Shown here piece by piece: positions 12,120 through 25,394 of a stretch of 64,000 nt of DNA; position 1 is the stretch's first letter; every line of letters starts with the position of its first letter. The stretch is from Mobula hypostoma (Eukaryota): the NCBI RefSeq assembly GCF_963921235.1, contig NC_086097.1:158350001-158414000 (forward strand), read 5' to 3'. Under the pieces are notes generated by a model. The model was not told the DNA's origin. It did no database searches and saw nothing but the letters and a program-made list of their open reading frames with translations. The translations under genes and the position numbers were made by a program.

Positions 12120-14349
12120 TGACTTTACTATTCATGCTCATGAGCTTGTTTTTAGGCATTTTTAAATATACTGAGAAATTAAGACAACTGGCGCTGCACA
12201 TTAGACATCTTAAATCCTGTGCAACCAATTTCAGTAGCAAAATGTCTCTCGAGATAAGTGAAATATTTTGAAATATAGTGAGCACTCTTTTTGGAATATT
12301 GTGAGACAGAAAAGGAAAATATAAATGCTGGAAATGCCTAACAGGTCTGAAAGATGAAAATGGATTTTCATTTGAAGTATGGCTTCTGAGGGAAAAATAT
12401 ATTTCTTTTTGCTCTTTAGATATATCAATTCTTTGTGTGGGTAGGTTCTATTGGCAGAGGTATATTTTGATCATTTGTGTGCAATATTGAACTCATTTGT
12501 CTGCAGGGTTTGTCACCATGGAACCTCTCTTCAGCTGCATTTCTGACTGGGCTAATACAATGTGCGAAGGGCTGATTTTTTTACTCTGTACTTTGAGGAT
12601 ATCGTGACCAAAGTGGCTCCTTTTAATAACCTTCAGCCTCGCATCATCAAACTTGATGTTAGTGGGGAGAAAGATGTTTGATGTCCAAAAGCTTGTTGGT
12701 TTGGTGAAGTAGTGGAGAGTGTCAAGAAGCACTTTGGTAAGGTGAGAAATTTCTGATAATATGCTGGTCTGGGTGCAGTTGGCGAGGCGTTGAGGGTAAG
12801 TTTGAGAGCACATCATTATTGTGGGTGGATATCCATTGGTGCTCTGCCCTTGCGGGTCTAGATAGAGAATGGTTCCACACTGCCCTTGTCTTGTGGAGTG
12901 GAGATTGAATGGCCCAACAATGTACTTGTCTGGTGGAGAGGATGCTGAAGAGAGGGCAGAGAGGTATAATTTGACAGGGCTTTGTCCGGAAGTATGTAGA
13001 GTAAGAATTAAATAATTCTTGGAGAAGTTAAAATGAGTAGCAATGAATAGTTTGTTTAAAAGTTTGATATTCTTGAACACAAAATTCTCTGCTGAACTGT
13101 GGCTGATAATTGAAAAGTAGTTCATGGCTCTGGATTAATGGATCCCTTCAAACTTTGGTCCTGCGGAATTCAGTCTGTTTCATTTTTGCTGTTTTCTTTC
13201 TTAGCCTCTGAGTTTGCATGATTTTTTTCTTCTTTTCTTCTTGCCTTGTCCCTCAATCCACATATAAAGGTCCATGTGTTGAAAAACTCTAGATATCAGA
13301 AATCTGAAGTAAAAATTGAAAATGCTGTAAATGGCAAGTGGCGGAATGAAAAGGGACTTTCACTGTTCATTAATGGTCCTTTAATTTCGTTTGCTTCAGT
13401 GGTGAAAAATGCCTCTGCCACTTAAGACACTAAACGCCACCCAAATCCGTTCAGCCACAGTTTATCATTACATCCCTCATACAGATTACTCACATAGTTT
13501 GGGTCGCTCCAGTTTTATTTGCAAACATTTTAAAATGAACCGGCACCACAGCATTTCTTCAGGTACTTATAAAACCAAAGAAATTTATCACCGTTAACAG
13601 AAGCAGCAGCATGTGTGTGGTTTATATATAAGGTGTCTGATACATATGCACTTCTTCTGACCATGCTGACTGGCTACAGTTTTACAACTACAGTGAACTC
13701 CAACAATCCAGCTTGTCACAGACAGGTGTGATTCTGGACAAGCAGATGTCCTGAGCTATTAGATGCTGTTCACTATTAGCATTCCAACACACTTTGAATT
13801 CATTTAAAAAAAAATTCTTCACAGTGTAATTTTTTTCAATGATCCTGATGTTTAAATGGACTGTGGGAAATACAGCCCCTGCAAGTTTGACTGCATGCCG
13901 AACAGAACAGAGTGATTTTCGAGGGACCACAGGAATCAGCCTCTGGTGAGTCACTTGCTGACTTGTAGGAGCTTCTGATTCTGGCGCAGGTGGGGATCCA
14001 AAGTTGTTGTCTTCCGATCCCAGAGCTCTTGCAGCCCCCAGTACTGCTGCTTCCCCACATTCTGAAGGTCCATTCATATGAGTCACAAGCACATTGCCAA
14101 GTCCACCATCCTAAACTCTGAACTCTCTTGCGATTTCCAGTAATACTTTCACCTGAACCTGACAGTTGTGCTATTTCCACATTGCCTCGATATATCAAAC
14201 TTGTGGCATGTAGTTGTCCCCACTGTTCAAGAACTTGTCGACTTTCAATGCAAAGGCAGAGAACTTTGAAGTAATTGGGTGATAAATAACGAAGTGTGCC
14301 ATCTTATATCCAATCGAGGGCTGTTGATGGATGCAGAGGAAAACTGAGG

Positions 14350-14925
14350 CTGAGGAGCTGAATTAAATCTCTTAAAGTAAATTTGAAAGGGACATATGCA
14401 GGCAAACAGAGCACTTTTGTCTTTCGATAAAGGGCATTGTATACTAGAGTAGAGAGAGAAGCATTAGAACATCAGGTGTAGTTTGTTGCCCTGATTTACA
14501 GAAAGAACATTGTGACATACAGCTTGCTTCACCACTTTGATGTCAAGGGTAGGGAGATTTGGTTATGAATAGAGGTTGAAAATGTGGGACTAATTTTGCA
14601 GCAGTGGAGTGGCCTGGAGAGGTCTTTTTTCAATTCTGAAAGATTTTCATTTTCAATAGAAAAGGAGCTGAGTCAAGTGATGGGTCAAGTAAAAATTTTG
14701 GGCTTGAGTTTGGGAGAAATCTTTATGCAGAAAGTGTTGGAACATGAAATGCATTGATATTAGGAAAGTTGAAGAAACAACTATTGAAATCTTTTTAAAC
14801 TGTTTCAATAAAATACTAAAGCCAAGTATGATTCGGAATGGTAAGGAGTGAGCATGCCAGAGGGATCAGTTTAGGATTACTCTTGAAATGCGCTGACAGG
14901 CACGTGGGACAAATGGCTTCCTGCA
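14350..14925 (+). mobile_element. Ancient CR1-like LINE 3' fragment
   Basis: Decayed AAAGGGCATTGTATACTAGAGTAGAG and terminal GGGACAAATGGCTTCCTG resemble the other CR1 copies. Confidence 0.45.
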
Positions 14926-15284
14926 TATACAGTAAATATTTACAATGATAAATGTAAAGTCCAGAAGTAGATTTAGATGTTTATAAGAAAAATGGCATAG
15001 GAAAATAAGTTAGACTAACTTGTCAGTTCATTTTCTAAAGAGCTTTTTCCATATCAGACCCAAATAAACCTGTTAGTTATCGATGGACTTAATCGTTGGC
15101 AAAGTCTGATGTGTTACAAGATCAATGCTAAAAAAGTAATGTGGCCGATGAGAAATTTTTCGAGGCTATGGACAACATTTACTGGAAGCTCTGTGTGCAA
15201 TCTCAATGTCCATATTGTCAAGTTATGATTCTGGCAAATCTCAATTATGATTCATACATACTGGTTATTTTGAATGAAAATTAC

Positions 15285-15480
15285 AATCTGCAGATGCTGC
15301 AAGTCTAAAATAAAATCAGAAAAGGCTGGTCAGGCCTTTCCTGCAACATTAATATTTCAGGTCAGTTCTGACAGAGGTTCTTTGACCTACAGTGACAACT
15401 GTGTCCCTTCCTACACATGCTACCTGACCTGCTGAGTATTTCTAGCATTTTCTGTTTTTATCTAGTGTCTTACAAACTTG
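15285..15480. repeat. Short fold-back Penelope-3'-end-derived repeat
   Basis: CTGCAGATGCTG... and ACCTGACCTGCTGAGTATTTCTAGCATTTT in opposite orientations. Confidence 0.55.
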
Positions 15481-16239
15481 AGAGTATTGCATGCTGAGAA
15501 TTGCAATGTTACTTCCATGAATAGTATTTTTAAATATATCAAAACTCTTGTAGTGCTTCATTAGAGCATTATGAAAATTCAGAACACTATCTTTAGACTT
15601 GCTCTTAATTAAATTAGATATTGAAGCACTAGCTCTGAGAACTTTAAAGTTGTATATTAGGTTGTACTTAAAAATTTTATGTGGTTGTCCTGGCAAGAAA
15701 AAACATCCTGCCCTCAACCTGCATTTGCCATCCATTCTCGTTCTCAGAGAGCTTCTCTGGGCAAACTGCAGTATCATGATATGAGCAACACACAGCTATC
15801 ACAGCACACTGATGAAGCCTTGACCTTCAAAATCTTGACAGCCAACCAAACCACCCCCAGCTGCTTAATGGTATGGCTCATTCAGTGTACATGAAAAACC
15901 ATTGGAAATGAAATAGCTAGTTTAAAAAAATCTTGCATATTGACCTCAATTAACAAGACTTTTATGGCCCCTTTATCTTTCCTGTCTGCAGCTCTGTAGC
16001 CCTCAGTGAGCTCATGGATCTAGTGGTCGGTGCAGGATTGAAGGGTTAACTCCCCGTGTAAACGCTGGGCAACCTCAACAATGGTGAATTCCCAAGGGAA
16101 TCTAGCAGAAGAGCATCTTAGCAAAAATGGTCGCCAAAATTGCAGATTTGGGACTTCCCTTTTTGACTATACAGCCAGAATGAAATATTTAAGAGGAACC
16201 TGATTGGGTGATTGGTGGGGGGAGGGGGGGTGAGTGTGT

Positions 16240-16438
16240 GTCTTCTTCACTCAGCAGAAGTGGTGGATGTGGGTTTAATTGCAACATTTAGGAGATGTTT
16301 GGATAGGTACATGGATGGGAGGGGTGTGGGAGACTATGGTCCAGGTGCAGATGGTTAGGACTAGGCAGAAAAACTGGTCAGCACAGACAAGATGGGTCAA
16401 ATGGCCTGTTTCTGTGCTGTAACACTCTGTGACTTTAC
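16240..16438 (+). mobile_element. CR1 LINE 3' end
   Basis: TTGGATAGGTACATGGATGGGAGGGG...ATGGCCTGTTTCTGTGCTGTAA. Confidence 0.7.
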
Positions 16439-16459
16439 TGAACCTTTGGTAATTACCAG

Positions 16460-17330
16460 TGTGACAAGAATACACATAGATGTTAGCTGTCCTGTGTGAT
16501 CAGCAGTTGGTCTGCCACCTGTCTTCGGGAGAGAGAGAGATAAGGAAGACAATGGAGCAGCATTTGGAGATGTGTAATGAAGGGACGGGGGAGAGAGAGC
16601 TGTCTAGAGCGGCTCCCCCTTTGAACCCTGAACTGTTTGAAGTGATGGACAGGCGATACCCCAGCAGGGGGATAAAAAGGGACAGGTTCGCTAAGGCAGC
16701 ACACACACGACACCACGAGGTAACGAGACCCTGGAAGCGGTGCCCCCCCCCCCCGCAAGTTGGCGGGAGTCGTTTGGAAGGCTGGTTGCAGAACCAAGCC
16801 TTAGATGCACAGGGTGGAAAGGTACGATCAGCGGGAACCTGGTGTGTGTCCACCCTCGCTTGGGTGCCAGGTTCACTGCAGAGGATCAACCGCATCTGGA
16901 GGAGGGGTCACAGTCAGTGACCTCAGGTGACATCACAAAGGACGCGCCCGAAAGCTGCTTGTGAGCAATATCGCAGGTCTGTGTGTGGAAGCCGTTTTGA
17001 ATGATCATTCGTTCTTGTTCTCTCTCTCCTTCCCCCCACATTGTCCATCGCCATGGCAACCATTACTGCGAACTGAACTAAATTGAACTGGACTTTGTGT
17101 CACTTTGAAATTGGTCATTTACCCCTAGACAACGATAGAGCTGGATTGATCCTGTTATCTTAATTCTGTGCACATGTGTGTTTATCATTGCTGAACTGTT
17201 GCATTTATTATCCTTTCGATTACTGTGTTGCTTGTTTCTTTAATAAAACTTTCTTAGATCTAGTAATCCAGACTCCAACTGAGTGATCCATTTCTGCTGG
17301 TTTGGCAACCCAGTTACGGGGTATGTAACA
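16460..17330 (+). mobile_element. Solo LTR (871 bp)
   Basis: TGTGACA...TGTAACA termini; 4-bp TSD CCAG (16456-16459, 17331-17334); GATAAAA TATA-like at ~16672; AATAAA at ~17242; CpG-richer than the flanks. Confidence 0.9.
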
Positions 17331-18447
17331 CCAGTAAAACATAAGCCAACATATACTCGTGGATCAGTCTGTGGGTGAGTATAGAACAATTTTGTTGGAT
17401 TTGACCATACAATTATGGGCAATTAAGCTGACCACAATTGACCAAGCTCTCAATTATTTCACAGTTGAGAAATAATTACAGCCAATTTCTTCTGAGTATA
17501 AGTCACAGCAATGCTTCAGTTGCAAAAATACCAATACTACAATTGCTGCAGTAGTTCAAAGAGAAGGCTAAGCACCATTTTCATGGAACATCTGGGATTC
17601 CGCAAGATTTTTATGCTCTGAAATCAAGAAAGGAAAGCAGAAGGGAGTGAATAAAATTGCATAGAGGATTATGATCCATCAAAAATAGCTACAGTATTCA
17701 TTACATCTAAACTTTAAAACAGTTTTCAGTTCAGTGCTATCAGAGTGTTGTGTATAGTGACAGGTTTATTTCTGGAAAAGAAAATAAAGAGCTGTAACTT
17801 CTCTAGTGCTAAATAGTATATAATGTTCAAATTATTTATAGATTTTAGGCACAAATATATATGAAATCATTGTACAAGTGTGGCAAGATGTTCATTCAAT
17901 CAACGCTGATTTTTCAACAGAATGTACCCAATAATATAAGTAACTCATTAAAATCCTGCTTCACGTTCCCTTGCAGCGACACTGGATTGGCTGGATAACC
18001 TACAATGCACTGTTCCAGTGCAGGCAATTCTCAGGGCAGGGCGCATTTTAAAACTGTTTATAAGCTTTGATATCCATTTCATCTAATCTAATTGATTAAT
18101 CATCTTGGCTGCGGCAACTTTTATCAGTGCCCTGTAGATGTCTCTTAAGTCTTTGATGTTAATTTCAGCCTTTCCCAAACACAAAGATTAAAGGAAAAGC
18201 GTCCCACACAAAGTGCTGGAGGAGCTCAGCAGGTCAGGCCACATCTATGGAAATAAACAAACAGTTGACGTTTGTTCATTTCCATTGATCAAGGAAAAGC
18301 ATGGCTAGTGTTTCATTGTATAAACTTGCTGAGAAAGTGATGAGATAATGGTAATGAACCACTTGCTGATGCTAAGGAGTAGTTTCAGATGTCTTTTAAA
18401 ACTCTGTGCACTTTGGCTTGTTGAAGTCTTTTCTTGTAACAAGATAC

Positions 18448-18917
18448 CTGATGGCATGAACATCGACTTCTCTAACTTCCGCTAATGCCCCACCTCCCCC
18501 TCGTACCCCATCCATTATTTATTTTTATACACACATTCTTTCTCTCACTCTCCTTTTTCTCCCTCTGTCCCTCTGACTATACCCCTTGCCCATCCTCTGG
18601 TTTCTGCCCCCCCTTGTCTTTCTCCCTGGACCTCCTGTCCGATGATCCTCTCATATCCCCTTTTGCCAATCACCTGTCCAGCTCTTGGCTCCATCCCTCC
18701 CCCTCCTGTCTTCTCCTATCATTTTGGATCTCCCCCTCCCCCTCCCACTTTCAAATCTCTTACTAACTCTTCCTTCAGTTAGTCCTGACGAAGGATCTCG
18801 GCCTGAAAAGTTGACTGTACCTCTTCCTAGAGATGCTGCCTGGCCTGCTGTGTTCACCAGCAACTTTGATGTGTGTTGCTTGAATTTCCAGCATCTGCAG
18901 AATTCCTGTTGTTTGCG
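18448..18917 (+). mobile_element. Penelope-like element, 5'-truncated 3' end
   Basis: Encodes DGMNIDFSNFR* then a pyrimidine-rich UTR; near-identical to 63048-63517; 7-bp TSD AAGATAC (18441-18447, 18918-18924). Confidence 0.9.
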
Positions 18918-19329
18918 AAGATACAAATGAACGTCATTTGGAAGAACCTGCTGAGACTCTCCTGAATATGAATATCTAAATAAAAGAGAATCATCTAGAT
19001 TTTCCTTTCAATCCAGCAATATTGTACAGAGTTTATATTTTTTAATCTTGTGTTTTATGGACGATATTATTATGTGGGTAGTTTGATTTGAGAACAAATA
19101 ACTAAAAGATATATTCGTATATACACACACACACACACAATGTGAGCAATTTTCATTGTTCTGTGATGTTTCATTACATGGTTATGTCATATGAAAAGTG
19201 ACAAGACTTTTGCTGTTTAAAGAAGTATATTTGCTGTTGCATATTCATCCCATTTACATTCTGGAGAAGTTTGAAACAACAATAAGAAACAATACTGAGC
19301 ATGAAGAAAAAGGAATCTCAAAGGAGATT

Positions 19330-19845
19330 GGACTTTTGGAGAAAGAATAAGGGAGTACCAGAGGGAGGTATTGGGCAGGTCAAGAGAAGAAGAGTAAGAG
19401 GAGAGCCGAAATGGAAAAATAGACAAGGGAGAGGGGTGGCGGGGAGGGGGAGGAATTATTGGAAGTTAGAGAAATCAATGTTTATGCCATCAGGTTGGAG
19501 GCTACCCAAACAGAATATGAGATGGTGTTCCTCCAACATGAGAGTTGCCTCAACACAGCAGTAGAGGAGGCCATGGACCAACATAAGAGAATGGGAAGTA
19601 GAATTAAAATGGGTGGTCACCAGGAAAGACCCCTTTTTGTGGTGGAAGGAGCTAAGGTGCTTAACGAAGTGGTAACCCAATGTATGTCAGTTCTCACTGC
19701 TATAGAGGTGGCTGTATCAGAAGTACTTGGTTCAGATGACAACACTGACAGATTCACAGGTGATGTGTCACGTCACCTGGAAGGACTTATTTTTGGCCCT
19801 GACTGGTTGTGAGGGTGGCGTAGGAGTAAGTGTAGTACTTGCAAG
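19330..19845 (-). mobile_element. Older Penelope-like GIY-YIG fragment
   Basis: THFNSTSHS..HGLLYC..LEEHHLIFCLGSLQPDGINIDFSNFQ, homologous to 62776-63085. Confidence 0.85.
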
Positions 19846-20109
19846 CATGAAATTGTTTCAGTATGAAATTTCCTCAATGTAGGAGTAATACATTGTCGTA
19901 TTTGGCTCCAACTTTAATAGTAAAGACTTGGTATTTCCAATGCAGCAGATAATATTCAATAGAACTCAATTTCAGTTACAAATGTTATTCAGAAACACAA
20001 ATTGCATTTGCAGATGATGGCAGGAGCAAGTACGCACATGGTTCATTTATAGGCAATTCCAGAATTGGAGCTGGAATTTCTCAGTTTGGGAAGGACAAGT
20101 TTAGAAGTG

Positions 20110-20421
20110 TATTTGTCAATGCAGACAAGTTTGAGGTGTTGTACTTCTGTGGACAAACCAGAGTAGGGCTTACACAGTGAATGCCAGGGCACTGAGGAGT
20201 ATGGTAGAACTAAGGGATCTGGGGATACAGGTCAATAATTCTTGGAAAGTTGTGCCACAGGTGAGGTAGATAGGGTCGTAAAGAGAGCTTTTGACATACT
20301 GGCCTCATAAATCTAAATATTGAATATAGGAGTTGAGATGTTATGTTGAAGTTGTGTAAGATATTGGAGAGGCCAAATTAGGAGTACTGTGTAGAGTACT
20401 GGTCAGGTGTCTACCGGAAAG
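20110..20421 (+). mobile_element. CR1 LINE ORF2 fragment
   Basis: Decayed AAGATATTGGAGAGGCCAAATTAGGAGTACTGTGT (KTLVRPxLEYC-like). Confidence 0.75.
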
Positions 20422-21730
20422 ACCATAATAAATAGTTGCAGATTTAGGCTTTTTGGTCCATTGCATCTGTTCTGCCAATCTATCGTTGCAAACTTCTTAT
20501 TCCTCTCAACCCCATTCTCCTGCCTTCTTGCTGTATCCTTTGATGCTCTGACTAATCAAGAACCCGTTAATCTCCACTTTAAATATACTCAATAACTTGG
20601 TCTCCACAGCCACTTGTGGCAATGAATTCTACTGATTCACTACCCATATGGCGAATGAAATTCCTCTTTGTCTCTTTCATTCCCGGAATCATTCTCTTGA
20701 ACCTCCTCTGGACCCTCTGCAATGCCTACACATGTTTTCTTGAATAAGGAGCCCAAAATGGTTCACAATTCTCCGTGTGGTATGACCAATACCTTATAAA
20801 ACCTCGGGATTACATCTTTGCTCTTATATTCTAGTCCTCTCAAAATGAATGCTAACATTGCATTTGCCTTCCTTACCACCGACTCAACCTTCAAGTTAAC
20901 CTTCAGAGAATCCTGCAAGACTCCCAAATCCCTTTGCACCTCAGATTTTTAAATTTTCTTCCAATTTATACAATAGTCTATACCTTTATTCCTTCTACCC
21001 AAGTGCATGGCCATCCACTTCCCTACAACATATTCCATCTGCCACTTCTTTATCCATTCTCCCAATGTGTATGAGTTCTCCTGCAAGCTCCCTGTTTCCT
21101 CAACACTACCTGGTCATCCAACTATCTTCATGTCACCTGCAATTTTGGCTTCAAAGCCATCAATTCCGTCATCCAAATCATTAACATATAATTTAATAAG
21201 GCGTGCTGTCAACATTGGACATGCGAAATGCCACTAATCACTGGCGCCAACCAGAAAAGCCTCACTTTATTTCCACTTTAGCTACCTGCAGTCAGCCATC
21301 CATTCAGGTATTTTTCCTATAATACCATGGGCTCTTATCTTATTAAGAAGCCTCATGGGTGGCTCCTTGTCAAAGGCCTTCTGACAATCCAATTGAACAA
21401 CGTTGACTCTTCTTTGTTGATCCTGCCTGTTATTTCTTCAAAGAATTCCAACAGATTTGTCAGGCATGATTTCCCATGAAGGAAACCATGCTGGCTTTGG
21501 CCTATTTTATCATGTGCCTACAAGTACCAAAAACCTCATACTTAATAATGAACTCCCAACATCTTCCCAACCACTGAGGACAGGCTAATTGGCCTATCAT
21601 TTCCTTTTTTAGGCATTTCTCTCTTGTTAAAGAACGGAGTGTTATTTCCAGTTTTCCAGCCCTCTGGTACCATGCCAGAATCCATTGATTCTTGAAAGAT
21701 CATTACTAATGCCTCCACTATCTCCGTAGT
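20422..21730 (-). mobile_element. CR1 LINE 3' portion
   Basis: Colinear with 2720-4020 (AAATGAATGCTAACATTGCATTTGCCTTCC; AAGCCATCAATTCCGTCATCCAAATC). Confidence 0.88.
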
Positions 21731-22103
21731 CTTTCTTATGCATATGATTTACTGTTTTTTTTCCTGAAAGCATAATGCTGATACAGTTACATCATTGCAA
21801 AGCCAAGTTTTGTTGCAGTCATCTTTGTTAGAATTCTTTCTTTGGAAATTGCTACTCCTGTTGGTACACATTTATTCCTTGTGATTTTTTTAAGGCTGAT
21901 AAAAATAGCCATTGTTGCCATTGTATGGTTGCAACAAGGCCCTAGGCATGCTTAGGAACAACACCACATCGTCTAAGTGGACTTCGTCCAAGTTTTCTGA
22001 ACTTGGAAACACATTACCTGATGATTGGTAGCTCAGTCGCTCTTTCCATCTGTATCAAAACTGGCCATTCTTTCCTGTGATTTTTTTTTAGCTCAGTTCT
22101 TTC

Positions 22104-23101
22104 AGAATCAGAATCAGAATCTGGTTTATTATCACCGGCATGTGTCGTGAAATTTGTTAACTTAGCAGCAGCAGCAGTTCAATGCAATACATAATATAGA
22201 AGAAAAAAAACAAATAAAATAATAATAATCAATACGTAAATCAATTACAGTATATGTATATTGAATAGATTAAAAATTGTGCAAAAAATAGAAATAATAT
22301 ATATTTAAAAAGTGAGGTAGTGTCCAAGGGTTCAATGTCCATTTATGAATCAGATGGCAGAGGGGAAGAAGCTGTTCCTGAATCGCTGAGTGTGTGCCTT
22401 CAGGCTTCTGTACCTCCTACCTGATGCTAACAGTGAGAAAAGGGCATGCCCTGTGTGCTGGAGGTCCTTAATGATGGACACTGTCATTCTTTCTGAGACA
22501 TTGCTCCTTGAAGATGTCCTGGGTACTTTGTAGGCTAGTACCCAAGATGGAGCTAATTAAATTTACATCCCACTGCACCTTCTTTTGGTCCTGTGCAGTA
22601 ACCACCCCGCCTCCCCCCCCCCATACCAGACAGTGATGCAGTCTGTCAGTATGCTCTCTATGGAACATCTATAGTAGTTTTTGAGTGTATTTGTTGACAT
22701 ACCGAATCTCTTCAAACTCCTAATGAAGTATAGCCACTGTCTTGCCTTATTTATAACTACATCAATATGTTGGGACCAGGTTATGTCCTCAGAGATCTTG
22801 AGACCCAGGAACTTGAAACTGCTCACACTCTCCACTTCTGATCACTCTGTGAGGATTGGTATGTGTACCTTTGTCTTACCCTTCCTGAGGTCCACAATCA
22901 GCTCTTTCATCTCACTGACATTGAGTGTCAGGTTGTTGTTGCGACACCACTCCGCAAGTTGGCATACCTCATTCCTGTACGCTCTCTCATCTCCATCTGA
23001 GATTCTACCAACAATGGTTGCATCATCAGCAAATTTACAGTTGATATTTGAGCTATGCTTAGCCACACAGTCATGGGTATAGAGAGAGTAGAGCAGTGGG
23101 C
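22104..23101 (-). mobile_element. Rex1/Babar-type LINE, 5'-truncated
   Basis: KFADDATIVGRISDGDERAYR..WCRNNNLTLNV..KELIVD; FKFLGLKISED; (AGAATC)n tail at 22104. Confidence 0.9.
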
Positions 23102-24184
23102 TTTCTTCATGTATTTTTCTACTCTCGTGTGTTGGGCATTTCCTAGAGCCTCACCATTTACAACATATTACACTAAGAACCCTAAAATACTGTAATGGTC
23201 CATATTAACCTATTTGGACATCCTATCAGAGCTATTCTTGTTCAAGCTACACCCTTCCCACCTACTGAAAATTAATACTTTCAGTTCTGATGAAGGATCC
23301 TTGACCTAAAATGTTATCTGCCTCCTCCTTCCCTCCACTCCCCTCCTCTGTTCCCTCCACCCTCTCCCCTCCCTCCTTCTTCCCCCACCCTCCAGTGATG
23401 CCTAACTTGCTGAGTGTTTCCAATGTTTTCTGTTTTAATTTCATATTTTGAGCATTCGCACTTTTTTCTGATTTTGTATCAATCATGTTTTTCCCTCTTT
23501 CCTGTGTGCTTTTGTGGATTCCTCCCCATTATGAAATCTCACTTATCCTTCTAACTTTGCTGCTGTTTTCTTATTTGTGCTGTTTTTTATCTTTTCCTCC
23601 TTCCTGTTCTACACTTGACAACAGACTGTGGCACCGGGCTGGAGTTGAAGCAATAATTACGTTCATGGACAAATAACACAAAGAAAACTTACTGATACTT
23701 GCAACTTTCCAATTTGACATGATTTCCTTCGCTAATTCATTGCATGCAAGGCTTTGAAATATTCTCCCATTGATCCCGACTGTAGTTAAGCTTCCACTTG
23801 CATTCAGTTTAGTCAAGTACCAGCTAGCATTTTATTTTGATACCACCAGTTCTGAAATGAGAAATGGTTCAGATTGCTCCTGCAGACACCAGCTTTGCTG
23901 TGTGATCATGTCCCTTGATCCCTCTCCATGTTTCAATTGCCTGAGTGAACTAGATGCGTTGGAGCAGAAATTGCCTTGAGTTAAATATCAGGAAGACTTT
24001 GGTTCTCAACTCAAACTCTGTCCCAATAGCACATTCTAATTCTTAACATTGTGAAACTGAGCCAGACTGTCTACAAACCGGCTGTCATATTTAGTTGTAA
24101 GTTATGTTTTGTACCAACTATCCATATCACCTGAAGAAACATCAACTTCCATCTTCATAAATAGGCCTGATTTTGGCCTGGAAT

Positions 24185-24860
24185 CAGTTTTCATCCAAGT
24201 CTTTATTGCATCCAGACTTGGCTATTCGAACACACTCTGGCTTCCTCATTTTAAGTGCATTAAAAAACCCCAAAATTTGGGCATGTGCTATCTATTGATA
24301 TATGTATGATACCGTGTGGAACAGGCCCATACGGCTCAACAAGCTGCACCAGGCAGCAACCCACCTACAAATCACAGGGCAATTGACAATGATCGGTATA
24401 TCTTTGGACTGTGGAAGGAAACCAGAGCACCTGGAGGCTCGTGGGGAGAACGTACAAACTCCTTGCAGATGGTAGTGAAATTGACCACCGAACTTCGGGA
24501 CGTCCCAAGCTGTTATAGTATCGTACAAACCACTGCACTACTGTGGTGCCTTAATAGTTAATCACTTTTGAGGTGATATAGTTTTCACTGAAAAAGCCAG
24601 AAACTATTGTCTATCCCTTGAGATAAGTGGCTTGCTGAGGTTATTTCACAAAACATTTAGCCATGTGGGATGGGTTTGGATTCTCATTTATGTGAGACTG
24701 GGATGGAAAATTACCTTTTCTGATGGACATTAGAGAACCTCATGCAGCTTCATAGTGCAGCTCTATTTGTACAGAGGATCAGTTTTAAAATTCTTAACTT
24801 TGTTTTCAGATTCTTTTATGGTCTTGCCACTTACTATTTCTATCATTTCTTCCTGCCATA
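24185..24860 (+). mobile_element. Old L2 fragment split by a SINE
   Basis: FIQVFIASRLGYSN (~24190) and QRISFKILNFVFRFFYGLATYY (~24770) resemble consecutive L2 ORF2 motifs. Confidence 0.6.
24300..24550 (-). mobile_element. V-SINE (HE1-like)
   Basis: TCTTTGGACTGTGGAAGGAAACCAGAGCACCTGGAGG shared with 1-256. Confidence 0.8.
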
Positions 24861-25394
24861 TCTTAAGAACAAAGTTATAAAGATTATGAAGTTTAGCTTT
24901 ATTTGTCATGTGTACATCAAAATATCAAAACATGCAGAGAAATGTGTTGCAGGTTTGTTGTTATATGCACAGGTACAATGTTAAACATGCTTGTAGCATC
25001 ATAGGCGCATAGCGTTTGAGATACAAATTCCCAAGGAAAGCTTATATCAAAACATAAATTGTGCAGAGTTATACAGGAAAGAACAATGTAACAGAAGATA
25101 ATCCATTTCAGTACAAAGTAGTCAAAGTGATCATAGTATTGCTATTATGCAGTAGTTATTAGGGTTGTGCAAATTGGTCAAGAAGCAAGATTGAGTTCTT
25201 CCAATTGTTGTGCATTCTCAGATACAATTTGTTGTTGATTTTCTTTTAATTGTTTAGTATCATATGCTTACTGTGTTTTAACATTAAAATCTCAACCATC
25301 TGCTGTTCCCAGCAATTCATTGGTGAGGAATTGGAAATCCACTCTTTCAATATTTGGTCGAGAGTAAAATCTGTGAGGAATTGGAAATGATGTC

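Noticed and set aside
12496..12610. Splice acceptor plus Kozak ATG (TGCAG|GGTTTGTCACCATGG)
   Set aside because: The frame closes after about 29 codons, with no supporting donor or homology.
16480..16964. Overlapping ORFs on both strands
   Set aside because: A by-product of the GC-rich solo LTR.
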